Assembly (NCBI GenBank): GCA_048882505.1
Contig: JBHLRO010000006.1
Coordinates: 1 to 32,000, forward strand
Source of the DNA: Candidatus Thorarchaeota archaeon
Lineage (GTDB): Archaea > Asgardarchaeota > Heimdallarchaeia > Hodarchaeales > Hodarchaeaceae
Length of the DNA: 32,000 bases
Direction of reading: 5' to 3'
Made by a program: the position numbers and the translations under genes. This document shows positions 1-9,007 of this stretch, piece by piece. The notes beneath the pieces were generated by a model. The model did not search any database. It had not been told where the DNA came from and saw nothing but the letters and a program-made list of their open reading frames with translations. Within the stretch, counting starts at the first letter, position 1. The number at the start of each line of letters is the position of its first letter.

Positions 1-2
1 AT

Positions 3-206
3 GGGCTTATTCTGAGGCATATTCGGGATATTCCTTCGCGATCGACGGGGGCGGTGAGGCAAAAGTCTGTATATTCCCTTACTTTAGAGGGACAGCTTGT
101 GTTACGCCAAATACGAGAAGAATGGGAGGAATTTTACCTTTTAATAAATCAAATAGTTGAGTCTGATGGAAATGAGGCTAAAGCGATTTGGAAAGAAGAG
201 AAATGA
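3..206 (+). CDS. PadR-family transcriptional regulator, 3' part (5' end lies outside the window; not in the ORF track)
   Basis: Frame from nt 3 reads GLILRHIRDIPSRSTGAVRQKSVYSLTLEGQLVLRQIREEWEEFYLLINQIVESDGNEAKAIWKEEK*. This matches the PadR wing and C-terminal helix pattern (GLI...RKxYxLTxxG...W..F). Its TGA (204-206) overlaps the next ATG (203-205) as ATGA. Confidence 0.8.
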   Translation, partial: GLILRHIRDIPSRSTGAVRQKSVYSLTLEGQLVLRQIREEWEEFYLLINQIVESDGNEAKAIWKEEK

Positions 207-1348
207 CGAAATCTCCCTCGTTTGAAAATCTTGGTTTGAGAGATTGTTTTACCAATGATGCTTGGAGTCTGATTAGTTCGTTCTTTTTGGAACTCCAGAA
301 GAAAATGCAGGAGGCAGCGGTTCCCACAGGTCTACAGGCCTCCCTTCTGGAGGGACTTAACGAATTCATTGTTGAATTTACGGAAGACGCCTCTAGCCCA
401 GATAAAGTAAACTATCAACGTGCATTAATCCTTTTACAAGAAATGGGATCCCCCACTGAAATCATTCTGACATTAGATGGCTCTAAATGGCGTGAACCGA
501 CCCCCAGCGAGACCACGATCTCTACGGAAAGGTTCTCTCGAACTTGTACTAAATGTCGCCAACCAAATCCAAATGACGCCTTTTACTGTGAGAACTGTGG
601 ATATAGCCTCTACGCCCAAAGAAGTTCAAAGGCGACTGTAAGTCAGATAATTATTGATCATCCCTATACCTTCAGTTTCCTTGCGCTTTATGGAACCCTA
701 GCCCTTCTGGCCTGGATTTGGGGAGAACAAACGGCCCCACACACCACGCTTGCATCCCATATAGCTCCGCTCGGGACGGCACTTTTCGTCGCGTTCTTTC
801 CAGCGATTTTCCTTGCGCTACTGTTCGGATGGGTTGCTGATCTCTTCTTAACAGACCAGAAATCCTTCACTTATCGGTATAACAAGATCTTAAACCACTT
901 CGAGGATAGTTTTGTCCTTGGCTTTGTAATGGTTTTTTTTGCTTGTTTCTTTTTATCAATAGCAGGTGGATCCGGGTTTTATGTATATATTCTCTTAGGA
1001 ATCGGAGTGCTTTTGTCTGCTTTTGTCTACGCTCCCATCACGCTGATTGCTAAACCTCAAGGCCTGCCTTATGTGACTCTATTGCGAGCCAAACAACGGT
1101 TGGACAATTACGCACTCAAAAAATTACGGATTCGCAATTTTTACCCCGGCAGTATTCTGTTCGTTTTTACCTTCCTGTGGGGGATGGTTCTCGCTCCAGT
1201 TTTTACCCCGAATTTAGCTTTTGAGGGTAAACTCTTCTTCACTTTCCTATTGTTGCTGGCTCTAGGACTCGGTTATAACGGGGGTTTGGTTATGTACTAC
1301 TATTCGTGGCCGATGGTTACGAGATTTATCCAGGAGCATGACCTTTAG
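203..1348 (+). CDS. Multi-pass membrane protein with N-terminal HAAS/DUF1700-like helical domain and a C4 zinc ribbon
   Basis: N-terminal '...ALILLQEMGSPTEII' resembles HAAS/DUF1700. Zinc ribbon CTKC-x10-CENC, followed by about 7 hydrophobic segments. ATG at 203 preferred over TTG at 188 because of the ATGA coupling to PadR. Confidence 0.65.
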   Translation: MTKSPSFENLGLRDCFTNDAWSLISSFFLELQKKMQEAAVPTGLQASLLEGLNEFIVEFTEDASSPDKVNYQRALILLQEMGSPTEIILTLDGSKWREPTPSETTISTERFSRTCTKCRQPNPNDAFYCENCGYSLYAQRSSKATVSQIIIDHPYTFSFLALYGTLALLAWIWGEQTAPHTTLASHIAPLGTALFVAFFPAIFLALLFGWVADLFLTDQKSFTYRYNKILNHFEDSFVLGFVMVFFACFFLSIAGGSGFYVYILLGIGVLLSAFVYAPITLIAKPQGLPYVTLLRAKQRLDNYALKKLRIRNFYPGSILFVFTFLWGMVLAPVFTPNLAFEGKLFFTFLLLLALGLGYNGGLVMYYYSWPMVTRFIQEHDL

Positions 1349-2182
1349 GATAAATAGCCTCTACCTCTCAGTGTCGGTCGTGGGCGTAAGAATATCTATT
1401 TGGAGGCTAAATGCAGAGAGTGAGGTAGTAGTATTTTTCGGATTACCTTTTGCAAAGAATTGGGCTTGATCAAAGGTTCTTCGCCTTCAGCAGGGAAAAC
1501 CATTACGACTCTAATCGCCGCATCTGGTTTTTTTGGAGGTAAGGAGATCGATCGGGCAATGGAATATCATTGGGACTTCATACGGAGGGAACACACTGCT
1601 CGGGGGGACACCTTCGCTTGGCACTGGAAATGATGATTGACGTTCCGTTAGATATATTTTGATTAGAATTAAATCTCTCTCATTTGCCAAAATAAGTTCA
1701 AGCAGAATCGAATCAAGGATTCTCCATATAGCTATAAAACCCAGCATTAAGCAGATAACGGAGGCCCCTCCCCGCAATATGGGCAGCAGTACGTTTATGC
1801 AACGAATAGAGAACAGAGGAATTTCATTGGAAACTCTAAGGATGTCTTAATCCGTAACTTGTGGAAGATCCTTAAAAAATTGGAGGGATAATAATTTCAC
1901 CATTTTTCTCCAGATCATAGGGAAGTAGTGGGCCAGTTTGGTATTTAAAGTTCAAAGCGGAATTCTTAAAATAGTCAATCTATGTTCCTGCTGCCAGAGA
2001 AGATGAACGAGGCATGCATAAAGAGACGATAACAGTAATGAAACTAGTTTAGGATTGAATGGATTCCTTGGTTCCTATTGGTTTTATAACAAGATCATAT
2101 ATTACACCTATATTGGCAATTAGAGGTGGTCGATTCGTTTATAATTCAGTAGGGGTGAGAAGGTCGAAAGGGGATTAACCCT

Positions 2183-3475
2183 ATGATAAAGCGAATTCTC
2201 TCATCATTGGGGGAGATAAAACTTGCGCAGAAGCTGTTCCTGCTTACTATATCTATGATATTTCTTCTCGAACTGCTAATCATGCTCTTCCTTGAATTCA
2301 TTTTCACCGCATCTCCAGCGGTTGAGGCTTTACTGGATGCGGTACTTATAACCGTATTGGTGTCTCCAATTTTATATTTTACGATTTTTAAACGCTTAGA
2401 ACAGGAGTTTGTTCAGCGAGAATTGGCCCACCGGAGATTAGAGGAATCCCGGAATCATTATCAGATGTTGGTGAACGAATTAGAAGAAGGGGTGGTTCTC
2501 GAAACTCATGAAGGGATTATTTCGTTTGTCAATCCACGCTTTCTCGAAATGGTCGGATATCAACAAGAAGATTTATTGGGGAAGCATAGAAAAGTCATTC
2601 TTCCTCAAGCGGGCCAAATTTCGGCTGATCCCTTTAATGGGGCAGTCAGGTTACAAGATCGGTATGAAACTTATCTCCTAACTAAAGGAAAAATTCGTAT
2701 TCCCGTTTTAGTTAGCTCTGCTCCAGTGTTGAATCATAAAGGAAGGTCTCAGGGAGTATTGAGTGTCTTTATGGATATTTCAGAGCAAAAAAAGTACCAA
2801 GAGTTGCAGGAACGGTTTATTTCCACGACTAGTCATGAATTACGTACTCCCGTTACCGTTATCAGAGGATACGTTGATCTATTGAAGCAGGGCGACCGCT
2901 TTCCGGCTGAGGAGCAAGATCGAATTTTTGGGAGTTTGACTCGGAATCTCGATAGACTTACCCAATTGATTGGCCAAGTTCATATGGTTACGCAAATCCG
3001 ACGGGAAAACTTTCAGATTTTTCCTCACTACTTTAATCTAGAGGAATTTATCGAAACTATTCGAGACCAATGTCGTATGGCATATCCGAACCGTGGAATT
3101 ATCGTTAACCATCTGAACAACGTTAATTACAGAGGGCTGATCCTGGATCAAGACAAAGTTATCCAGGCAGTTCATAATCTCCTTGATAACGCGGTGAAAA
3201 ATTCTCATCCTAGGTCTCTGGTGGAATTAACCTTCCAAACTATGGCGGATAGTTTCCAAATCAGCGTCGTGGATCATGGATCAGGTATTTCCTTTCATAA
3301 TATTTTGGGTTTATTTCACCCTTTTACCCATTTTGACACCCCGTATTCTGTGAGAGGATCAGGATTGGGACTCTACGTCGTGAAGAGCATCGCTTTTGCC
3401 CATCAAGGCCATGTAGAAGTACACTCGCAAGAACAAGTAGGGTCCAGGTTTATGGTTTATCTCCCGATCCAATAA
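2183..3475 (+). CDS. Membrane-bound PAS-domain sensor histidine kinase (2 TM - PAS - HisKA - HATPase_c)
   Basis: Two N-terminal TM helices, PAS (FVNPRFLEMVGY), H-box SHELRTP, N-box NLLDNAVK, G1 DHGSGI, F-box LFHPF, G2 GSGLGL. Confidence 0.93.
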   Translation: MIKRILSSLGEIKLAQKLFLLTISMIFLLELLIMLFLEFIFTASPAVEALLDAVLITVLVSPILYFTIFKRLEQEFVQRELAHRRLEESRNHYQMLVNELEEGVVLETHEGIISFVNPRFLEMVGYQQEDLLGKHRKVILPQAGQISADPFNGAVRLQDRYETYLLTKGKIRIPVLVSSAPVLNHKGRSQGVLSVFMDISEQKKYQELQERFISTTSHELRTPVTVIRGYVDLLKQGDRFPAEEQDRIFGSLTRNLDRLTQLIGQVHMVTQIRRENFQIFPHYFNLEEFIETIRDQCRMAYPNRGIIVNHLNNVNYRGLILDQDKVIQAVHNLLDNAVKNSHPRSLVELTFQTMADSFQISVVDHGSGISFHNILGLFHPFTHFDTPYSVRGSGLGLYVVKSIAFAHQGHVEVHSQEQVGSRFMVYLPIQ

Positions 3476-3629
3476 TGGAATAATTTCTTGAGAACACTAT
3501 TATATCGTTTTTGTTTAATATCAGGGAAAGAAAAATCCGAGATTCGTTGATCCAGAGCTTGGATTATATTAGCATGTTGTCCGTAGAAGCAACGAATCTG
3601 GTATTTTCACTGAAGCCAAAATATTCTTC

Positions 3630-4445
3630 TTAAGATTCCGCTGATCTTTCGTTGTTTGGAAATGTTTTCGTATTTGAGGTTTTTAAAAGCAAAGCAATTT
3701 CCTCAGTCTTTGTTGTGACCGAAGCCATTAATGTTGAAATCGCATCTAATTTTTCCTGAACCCGATCATCAATTATCGCCTTTGCTTCATTAATTGTCTC
3801 GTCAAGTTTATCTTGGAGGGCATTAGAATGGGCAATTTGCGTGCGAAATTTCTCGGAATCCACCTTGAATTCATTAGAAAGAATATCAATGTTTTTTTGA
3901 AGTCTATATTCAGAATTGATTAGTTTTGAGCGAAAATCGTCATGATACTGTTCAACAAGGTTGGTAAGTCTCTCAAACATCTGTTGTTGATCCTCAGCGA
4001 TTGAGCTCACGATCTCCCGCAACTTGGTTCTAACCTGATCGATATTTTCAGATTGTTGCTGCAATGAAGCTGCCTGATGACCTATAAGTCTATTAAGTTC
4101 TTCTAATCCGTTTCCAAGCATGTCCAGTGCTTGTGCTAAGCTTTTAACCTGATTCTGATTTTCACTTTCTTGAATATGGTTGGCGATTCTCTCCTCCAAC
4201 GCATCAATTTTATTAATGAGAGCATTTATTCTATTAGGACTCGTTCCTCCCGCATCTTCCCATTTCATTTTTCGAGCGTTTGTATCTTTAGGTGAAGCTT
4301 CCAGATTCTCTAAATATCGTTTGATTTCTTCTATCTTTATTGAATTGCCCTTTACAAGCCTCACCAGCTCTGGAATCGAATGGTGAAGGTCAACCGTCCT
4401 TCTGCCATATTCGTTTGAGTTGTTATTCATTTTAAAAATCCCCAT
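3630..4445 (-). CDS. Uncharacterised coiled-coil protein, divergent from the chemosensory cluster
   Basis: 271-aa ORF, mostly heptad-patterned L/I/E/Q/K-rich sequence, no TM segment. Alternative start at 4430 (MNNNSNEY). Confidence 0.7.
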   Translation of the reverse strand: MGIFKMNNNSNEYGRRTVDLHHSIPELVRLVKGNSIKIEEIKRYLENLEASPKDTNARKMKWEDAGGTSPNRINALINKIDALEERIANHIQESENQNQVKSLAQALDMLGNGLEELNRLIGHQAASLQQQSENIDQVRTKLREIVSSIAEDQQQMFERLTNLVEQYHDDFRSKLINSEYRLQKNIDILSNEFKVDSEKFRTQIAHSNALQDKLDETINEAKAIIDDRVQEKLDAISTLMASVTTKTEEIALLLKTSNTKTFPNNERSAES

Positions 4446-4777
4446 TAGAACGTGTCATGAATACGGAGAAAGTTCTAATCCAATTTCTCTTGAATTTTTA
4501 TATTTTGCTTTCAATATAGAAGTGGAAGGCCTTTTAAAAGCCAGACCACCCAATATCGTTCTCTTACTGTCCAAATGATGGTTTTTAGTAATTTCCAGAA
4601 AGATTTGAATCATTATTGAACCTTCAGAATTCTACAGCTGATTCAAATGAAGAACCACAAGATTTCCCGGCTTAAAGGGGGTGTCCGTTCCTCTTACTAT
4701 TAGATCACCCTAAGGTCAATCTTCTAGGGTGCAATTCGCGCAGGAGAATCTTTTAACACAACTCAGAAATTCAGTGC

Positions 4778-4799
4778 TTATATTTAAGTCATCTTAAAT
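4778..4799. promoter_or_regulatory. Candidate TATA-like element plus perfect 7-4-7 inverted repeat upstream of cheB
   Basis: ATTTAAG-TCAT-CTTAAAT at 4782-4799 overlaps TTATATTTAAG, 134 bp upstream of the cheB ATG. Could arise by chance in AT-rich DNA. Confidence 0.3.
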
Positions 4800-4932
4800 G
4801 AATCCAAATGGTTTAACTAAAAACAATAGAGGACAATTATGATTTAAAGAATGTGGGTATCGTACCCACTTGAATTCTCGTCCTCAAAACCAAATAATTG
4901 TAGTTATATACGGAATATGGGAAAATTCGATT

Positions 4933-6024
4933 ATGAAAGGTGTGGTAAGAGTACTAGTGGTAGATGATTCTGCAGTAGCTAGGCAAACGATTTCCAGGAT
5001 AATCAGCGAAAGTAATAAAGCCATTGAAGTGGTGGCAACAGCCCCTAATGGAAAAATCGCCTTGGAAAAGATGCCTATCCCTAAATTTAAACCCGATGTT
5101 GTCACTATGGACATTATGATGCCTGAGATGGATGGTTTTGAAACTATAGGCCATATAATGGATCGATTTCCTACCCCCGTAATAATTGTTTCTGCCCTAA
5201 GCCACAAGGACATCGACGCTGCCCTTTCAAACTCTGGTATGACTGCGTTCGAATCTGGAGCAGTAGAATTTGTAAAGAAACCAAACCCTCAGGTTTCATC
5301 TGACGAAAAACGTTTTAAGAGAGAATTGATTGACAAAATCATCAATCTATCGGAAACCAATTTACCACAGGCTCTGAGGGGGTTTGATTTCAAATCCTTT
5401 CTTAAGGAGGATGAAATGCCAAAGCCTATCGTAACACGGGAAACTAAAAGAACAGTGAAAGGATTTCATGAGACGCTAATTGTCATCGGTGCCTCTACGG
5501 GTGGCCCGAGAGCTGTCTCACTAATTCTATCTAAAATCCCTCCTGTTTTTCCTCCAATAATTGTTGTCCAGCATATGCCTGAGGAGATGGTGGAATCCTG
5601 GGCCAAAAGGTTACAAAGTTTATATCCTCATTTGAAAATCAAAATCCCCAGTGACAAGGAGTTCATAGAGCCCAATCGTGTTTATATAGCACCAGGGGGC
5701 AGGCATTGTGCCGTGAAAGATGGAAGGAGATTTCATTTGCATAATGGACCCAAAGTGAATTTTCTCAGGCCTGCCATAGATGTTACTCTCATTTCCGCTT
5801 CTGAAGTATATCGTGAAAATATTCTTGGAGTAATTCTCACCGGGATGGGAAAGGATGGATATGAGGGAGCAAAGAGAATAAAGGCGATAGGAGGAAAAAT
5901 TTTCGCAGAACATGAATCCACATGTGTGATTTATGGAATGCCCAAAGTCATAATAGAGGGTGGATTGGCAGATCGGGTTGCGCCATTACACACCATTCCA
6001 GCTATCATTCTCGGTCAAAACTAG
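4933..6024 (+). CDS. cheB: Chemotaxis response regulator / protein-glutamate methylesterase CheB
   Basis: Receiver domain (VLVVDDS, TMDIMMPEMDG, FVKKP) plus methylesterase triad GASTGG (Ser), VQHMP (His), LTGMGKDG (Asp). ATG at 4933 preferred over TTG at 4870. Confidence 0.97.
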   Translation: MKGVVRVLVVDDSAVARQTISRIISESNKAIEVVATAPNGKIALEKMPIPKFKPDVVTMDIMMPEMDGFETIGHIMDRFPTPVIIVSALSHKDIDAALSNSGMTAFESGAVEFVKKPNPQVSSDEKRFKRELIDKIINLSETNLPQALRGFDFKSFLKEDEMPKPIVTRETKRTVKGFHETLIVIGASTGGPRAVSLILSKIPPVFPPIIVVQHMPEEMVESWAKRLQSLYPHLKIKIPSDKEFIEPNRVYIAPGGRHCAVKDGRRFHLHNGPKVNFLRPAIDVTLISASEVYRENILGVILTGMGKDGYEGAKRIKAIGGKIFAEHESTCVIYGMPKVIIEGGLADRVAPLHTIPAIILGQN

Positions 6025-6293
6025 AAAAACTTGATCTTACCAAGCAATCCTAGCGTGTCTATCCCTTCGGATTGGGATTAACTTACCAAGGTACACCCTA
6101 ATGGACTTCGTGTACTTTTAGGGGTTTGGGGTTCGAAGATTTGGCTGGCCATTAAACCATTGATAGTATATGAGTAACCACCGATCGCCCTAGAGTTAGG
6201 ATCCCACTTTTTCCATATTTTTTTCCCAATGCCTTTCAAGTTGGAAAGAGTATTACAAATCAAACCATAAAGTTCAGAGAGGAAAAATCGAAA

Positions 6294-8234
6294 ATGGGAC
6301 TGCTTAAATTTCTAGATAATATTAAGGTTTCAAATAAACTTATTGGAACATTCTTTATAGTGGCATGTATTTCTGGCGTTGTAGGAATATTTGCAACGGT
6401 CCAGATCAACGGATTGAATACTTCGATAAAGGAGATTGTAGAAGTAAATGTAGAACAGGCAGATTGGTCAATGGAATCCATAATTGCAGTAGAATCCCAA
6501 ATTATGACCATCCACGCGTCTATGCTTGGAGAAACGGAGGCACGCGACGAATTCATTGAAGCTCATAACAAAGTGATGGATGGATTCCATAATTTGACCG
6601 TGCTTCTCAAAGGGACTTCACAGGAAACCGCTGTAACTGCCCTAGAAACACAATACCACAGCTTCCATATGGCCTGCAATGGTACTTCAGGGGTGTTTGA
6701 TTCAACAATTAAATATGAGGAGGCAAAAAGCGTAGCTGATACCCAATACTGGGCGCTGGATCAGCTTGAAGATGAAACGGACGAAAAATTAGCCTCATTG
6801 GAAGAATTAGTGACTGCCTATGCGTTGGATAATGCATTGACCCCTAATGCTACTCTCTCGGACAATGCAATGGAGCTTAATCTCATTGTGTGGAGGATGG
6901 TTGACCGAGCACGAATGTATATGGCAGTGCCATTGGATTATAGCCTCGAGAATAACAATACGCGAGAACAATTGCGTAATGAGTATGCCGATGAAATCTC
7001 AATCCTTGCTGAAACTGATTTCGTCCAATCTGGTCTTGAAAAAGACTTCACTGATCTATTGGGCCAGGCAGAAGCAAATTTTCAATGGGCACTTGCCAAT
7101 GGTTCGATGAACACTACAGCCTTAACCATCCTTGAAGATGTCCGGACTAGGGTCGTATTTAATTCGAGCAATCAGAATACGAGTCTTGCTGATGCCGTCC
7201 GGAGTCAGGAGGACGGGGTTTTTGTCAAACAAGATACACTCGTGGCTAATTGGGTCGCTGCTACTGATGCTATGGAAACTGCTGACTCGTTAGGGTCATC
7301 ATTACAAGCCGATCTTGAAGTTCTGGAGCTGTGGGTTGGAGACCAGTTGGATTTGGCAAAGATGGCCGCTGCACAGTCATTTAATGATGCCATCCTCTTT
7401 ATTCCCGTACTTACAGTTGTCGCGATCGTGATTGGGGCGCTATCCGGTTATTTCCTATCTAGATCGATAACCAATCCGCTTTCGAGGGTCGTTACAACCT
7501 CGGTTGAAGTTGCAAAGGGGAACCTGAAAGTAGATACTGAAGGAATAGATCGGAGAAGGAAAGATGAGATTGGGCAATTAGGTAGTTCCTTTGGAACCAT
7601 GATTGACGTGGTCATTTCACTGATAAAACAGGTTCAAATGACCGCTGAAATGGTTGCTTCAGCGTCCGAGGAATTAGCTTCAACATCAGAAGAGGTGAAT
7701 GCGCTATCAGAGGAAATCGCAGCAACAATTCAGCAGGTGAGCAGAGGCGCCTCAAACCAATCGGATTTGGCTACAAAATCAATGGATGATATTTTTAAAA
7801 TGTCCGAAGTAGTGGACCGATCACTTCACGACATAGAAGGGATATTACAGGTCATAGAAGACATAGCAGGGCAGACAAACATATTGGCCTTGAATGCCGC
7901 CATCGAGGCTGCTCGTGCTGGGGATTATGGCCGTGGTTTTGCCGTTGTATCCGATAATGTACGACGTTTGGCCGAAGAGACGAAAACAAACGCGGCGAAC
8001 ATAAGCACACTTACTGACAAGATTGTTTCCAATATCGGCGGAAACATCACTTCACTTCAAGAATCATTACAGAGTTTTGCCGCCCAGTCAGAAGAATTTA
8101 GTGCCTCCAGCGAACAAGTAGCATCAGCCGCAGAGCAGCAAACAGCGGCGATGAATCAACTTACGACCGCTGCTCAAGATTTAACCAAAATGAGCGAAAG
8201 CTTAGCCAATGAAATATCTGAATTCAAAACCTAA
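6294..8234 (+). CDS. Methyl-accepting chemotaxis protein (TM1 - large extracellular helical sensor - TM2 - HAMP - short signalling domain)
   Basis: TM1 near residues 15-38, TM2 [27 protein letters not shown] (ITNPL...[10 protein letters not shown]), hairpin [26 protein letters not shown], methylation-type heptads ([21 protein letters not shown]; [18 protein letters not shown]). Confidence 0.96.
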   Translation: MGLLKFLDNIKVSNKLIGTFFIVACISGVVGIFATVQINGLNTSIKEIVEVNVEQADWSMESIIAVESQIMTIHASMLGETEARDEFIEAHNKVMDGFHNLTVLLKGTSQETAVTALETQYHSFHMACNGTSGVFDSTIKYEEAKSVADTQYWALDQLEDETDEKLASLEELVTAYALDNALTPNATLSDNAMELNLIVWRMVDRARMYMAVPLDYSLENNNTREQLRNEYADEISILAETDFVQSGLEKDFTDLLGQAEANFQWALANGSMNTTALTILEDVRTRVVFNSSNQNTSLADAVRSQEDGVFVKQDTLVANWVAATDAMETADSLGSSLQADLEVLELWVGDQLDLAKMAAAQSFNDAILFIPVLTVVAIVIGALSGYFLSRSITNPLSRVVTTSVEVAKGNLKVDTEGIDRRRKDEIGQLGSSFGTMIDVVISLIKQVQMTAEMVASASEELASTSEEVNALSEEIAATIQQVSRGASNQSDLATKSMDDIFKMSEVVDRSLHDIEGILQVIEDIAGQTNILALNAAIEAARAGDYGRGFAVVSDNVRRLAEETKTNAANISTLTDKIVSNIGGNITSLQESLQSFAAQSEEFSASSEQVASAAEQQTAAMNQLTTAAQDLTKMSESLANEISEFKT

Positions 8235-8280
8235 GAGAGTCATAACTCAGAATGCGAAGGAAAAAGGGTTTTGTGGTACA

Positions 8281-9000
8281 ATGGATACCGACGAGCGACT
8301 ACCCGAAGACATAGAGGATAACCTAGAAGAAAAACAGGATCCGCTCCTCAACGTCCAGGAGATTCTCCTCCTTAATAAGAAGAGCGGACTCCCAGTTTTT
8401 TCTAGGGTTTATAAAGAAACATCAGGGAAGGATCCCACTTTGATTGCTGGATTAATGGCTGCTATTGTTCAGTTCGGCGAAATGATAGGACATAATATGG
8501 AGTTAAATGACATCGGAGTACGAGAAGGCTCTCGTATATTCGTCCGAAGCCAAAAAAACCTGGTATGCTTACTAACGATCACTAATTTCCCTATATCTTT
8601 TTTAACCACTCGAAAATTTATTGAGATCGTTGATGATCTGGCCTCACGCATCTTTGAAACCATCCGAATGCTCGCATCATTGCCAATGTATGAAAACGGC
8701 GGATTGATCGAAGAGATCAGCTTTGATATAACTGATGAGGCATTAGAGGAAAATAAGGCTTCTATTTTTCCACAACTAGGAAAAACTGTCGACAATATTG
8801 TCATGGAGACAACTGCAACCTTATTTGTCGATGAGGGTGAAATAGAGGAGGAACTCAACGTTATGGAAGAGACTAATTCAACTTATCTCGGTTCCGAATA
8901 TTCCGGGACTTCTAACGATATTATTAATCCGATTTCATCAAATTTCAATAGAATGATGAAGAATTTCAGGAGATTATTGAAAAACTCTCTAAGGGAATGA
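8281..9000 (+). CDS. Longin-like domain protein with acidic linker and C-terminal amphipathic helix
   Basis: QEILLLNKKSGLPVFSRVY...DPTLIAGLMAAIVQFGEMIG..ELNDIG...RIFVRS..LVCLLTI matches the beta-beta-alpha-beta-beta-beta pattern of longin domains as seen in Asgard archaea. ATG at 8281 preferred over 8209, which overlaps the MCP. Confidence 0.7.
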   Translation: MDTDERLPEDIEDNLEEKQDPLLNVQEILLLNKKSGLPVFSRVYKETSGKDPTLIAGLMAAIVQFGEMIGHNMELNDIGVREGSRIFVRSQKNLVCLLTITNFPISFLTTRKFIEIVDDLASRIFETIRMLASLPMYENGGLIEEISFDITDEALEENKASIFPQLGKTVDNIVMETTATLFVDEGEIEEELNVMEETNSTYLGSEYSGTSNDIINPISSNFNRMMKNFRRLLKNSLRE

Positions 9001-9007
9001 TTTCTCA

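Noticed and set aside
1511-1850. Short ORFs on both strands in the 830-bp gap before the histidine kinase
   Set aside because: They overlap each other, have weak starts and no recognisable motifs.
4508-4528. CTTTCAA-N7-GTGGAAG upstream of the coiled-coil gene, similar to the AKR operator
   Set aside because: Three differences from the consensus in AT-rich DNA; not distinguishable from chance by eye.
6061-6125. Short complementary segments between cheB and the MCP (ATCCC/GGGAT; GTACAC/GTGTAC; CCCTAA/TTAGGG)
   Set aside because: Stems of only 5-6 bp with implausible pseudoknot loop lengths; no recognisable RNA family.
6121-6145. GGGGTTCGAAG, similar to a tRNA T-arm
   Set aside because: No cloverleaf, acceptor stem or anticodon arm can be built around it.
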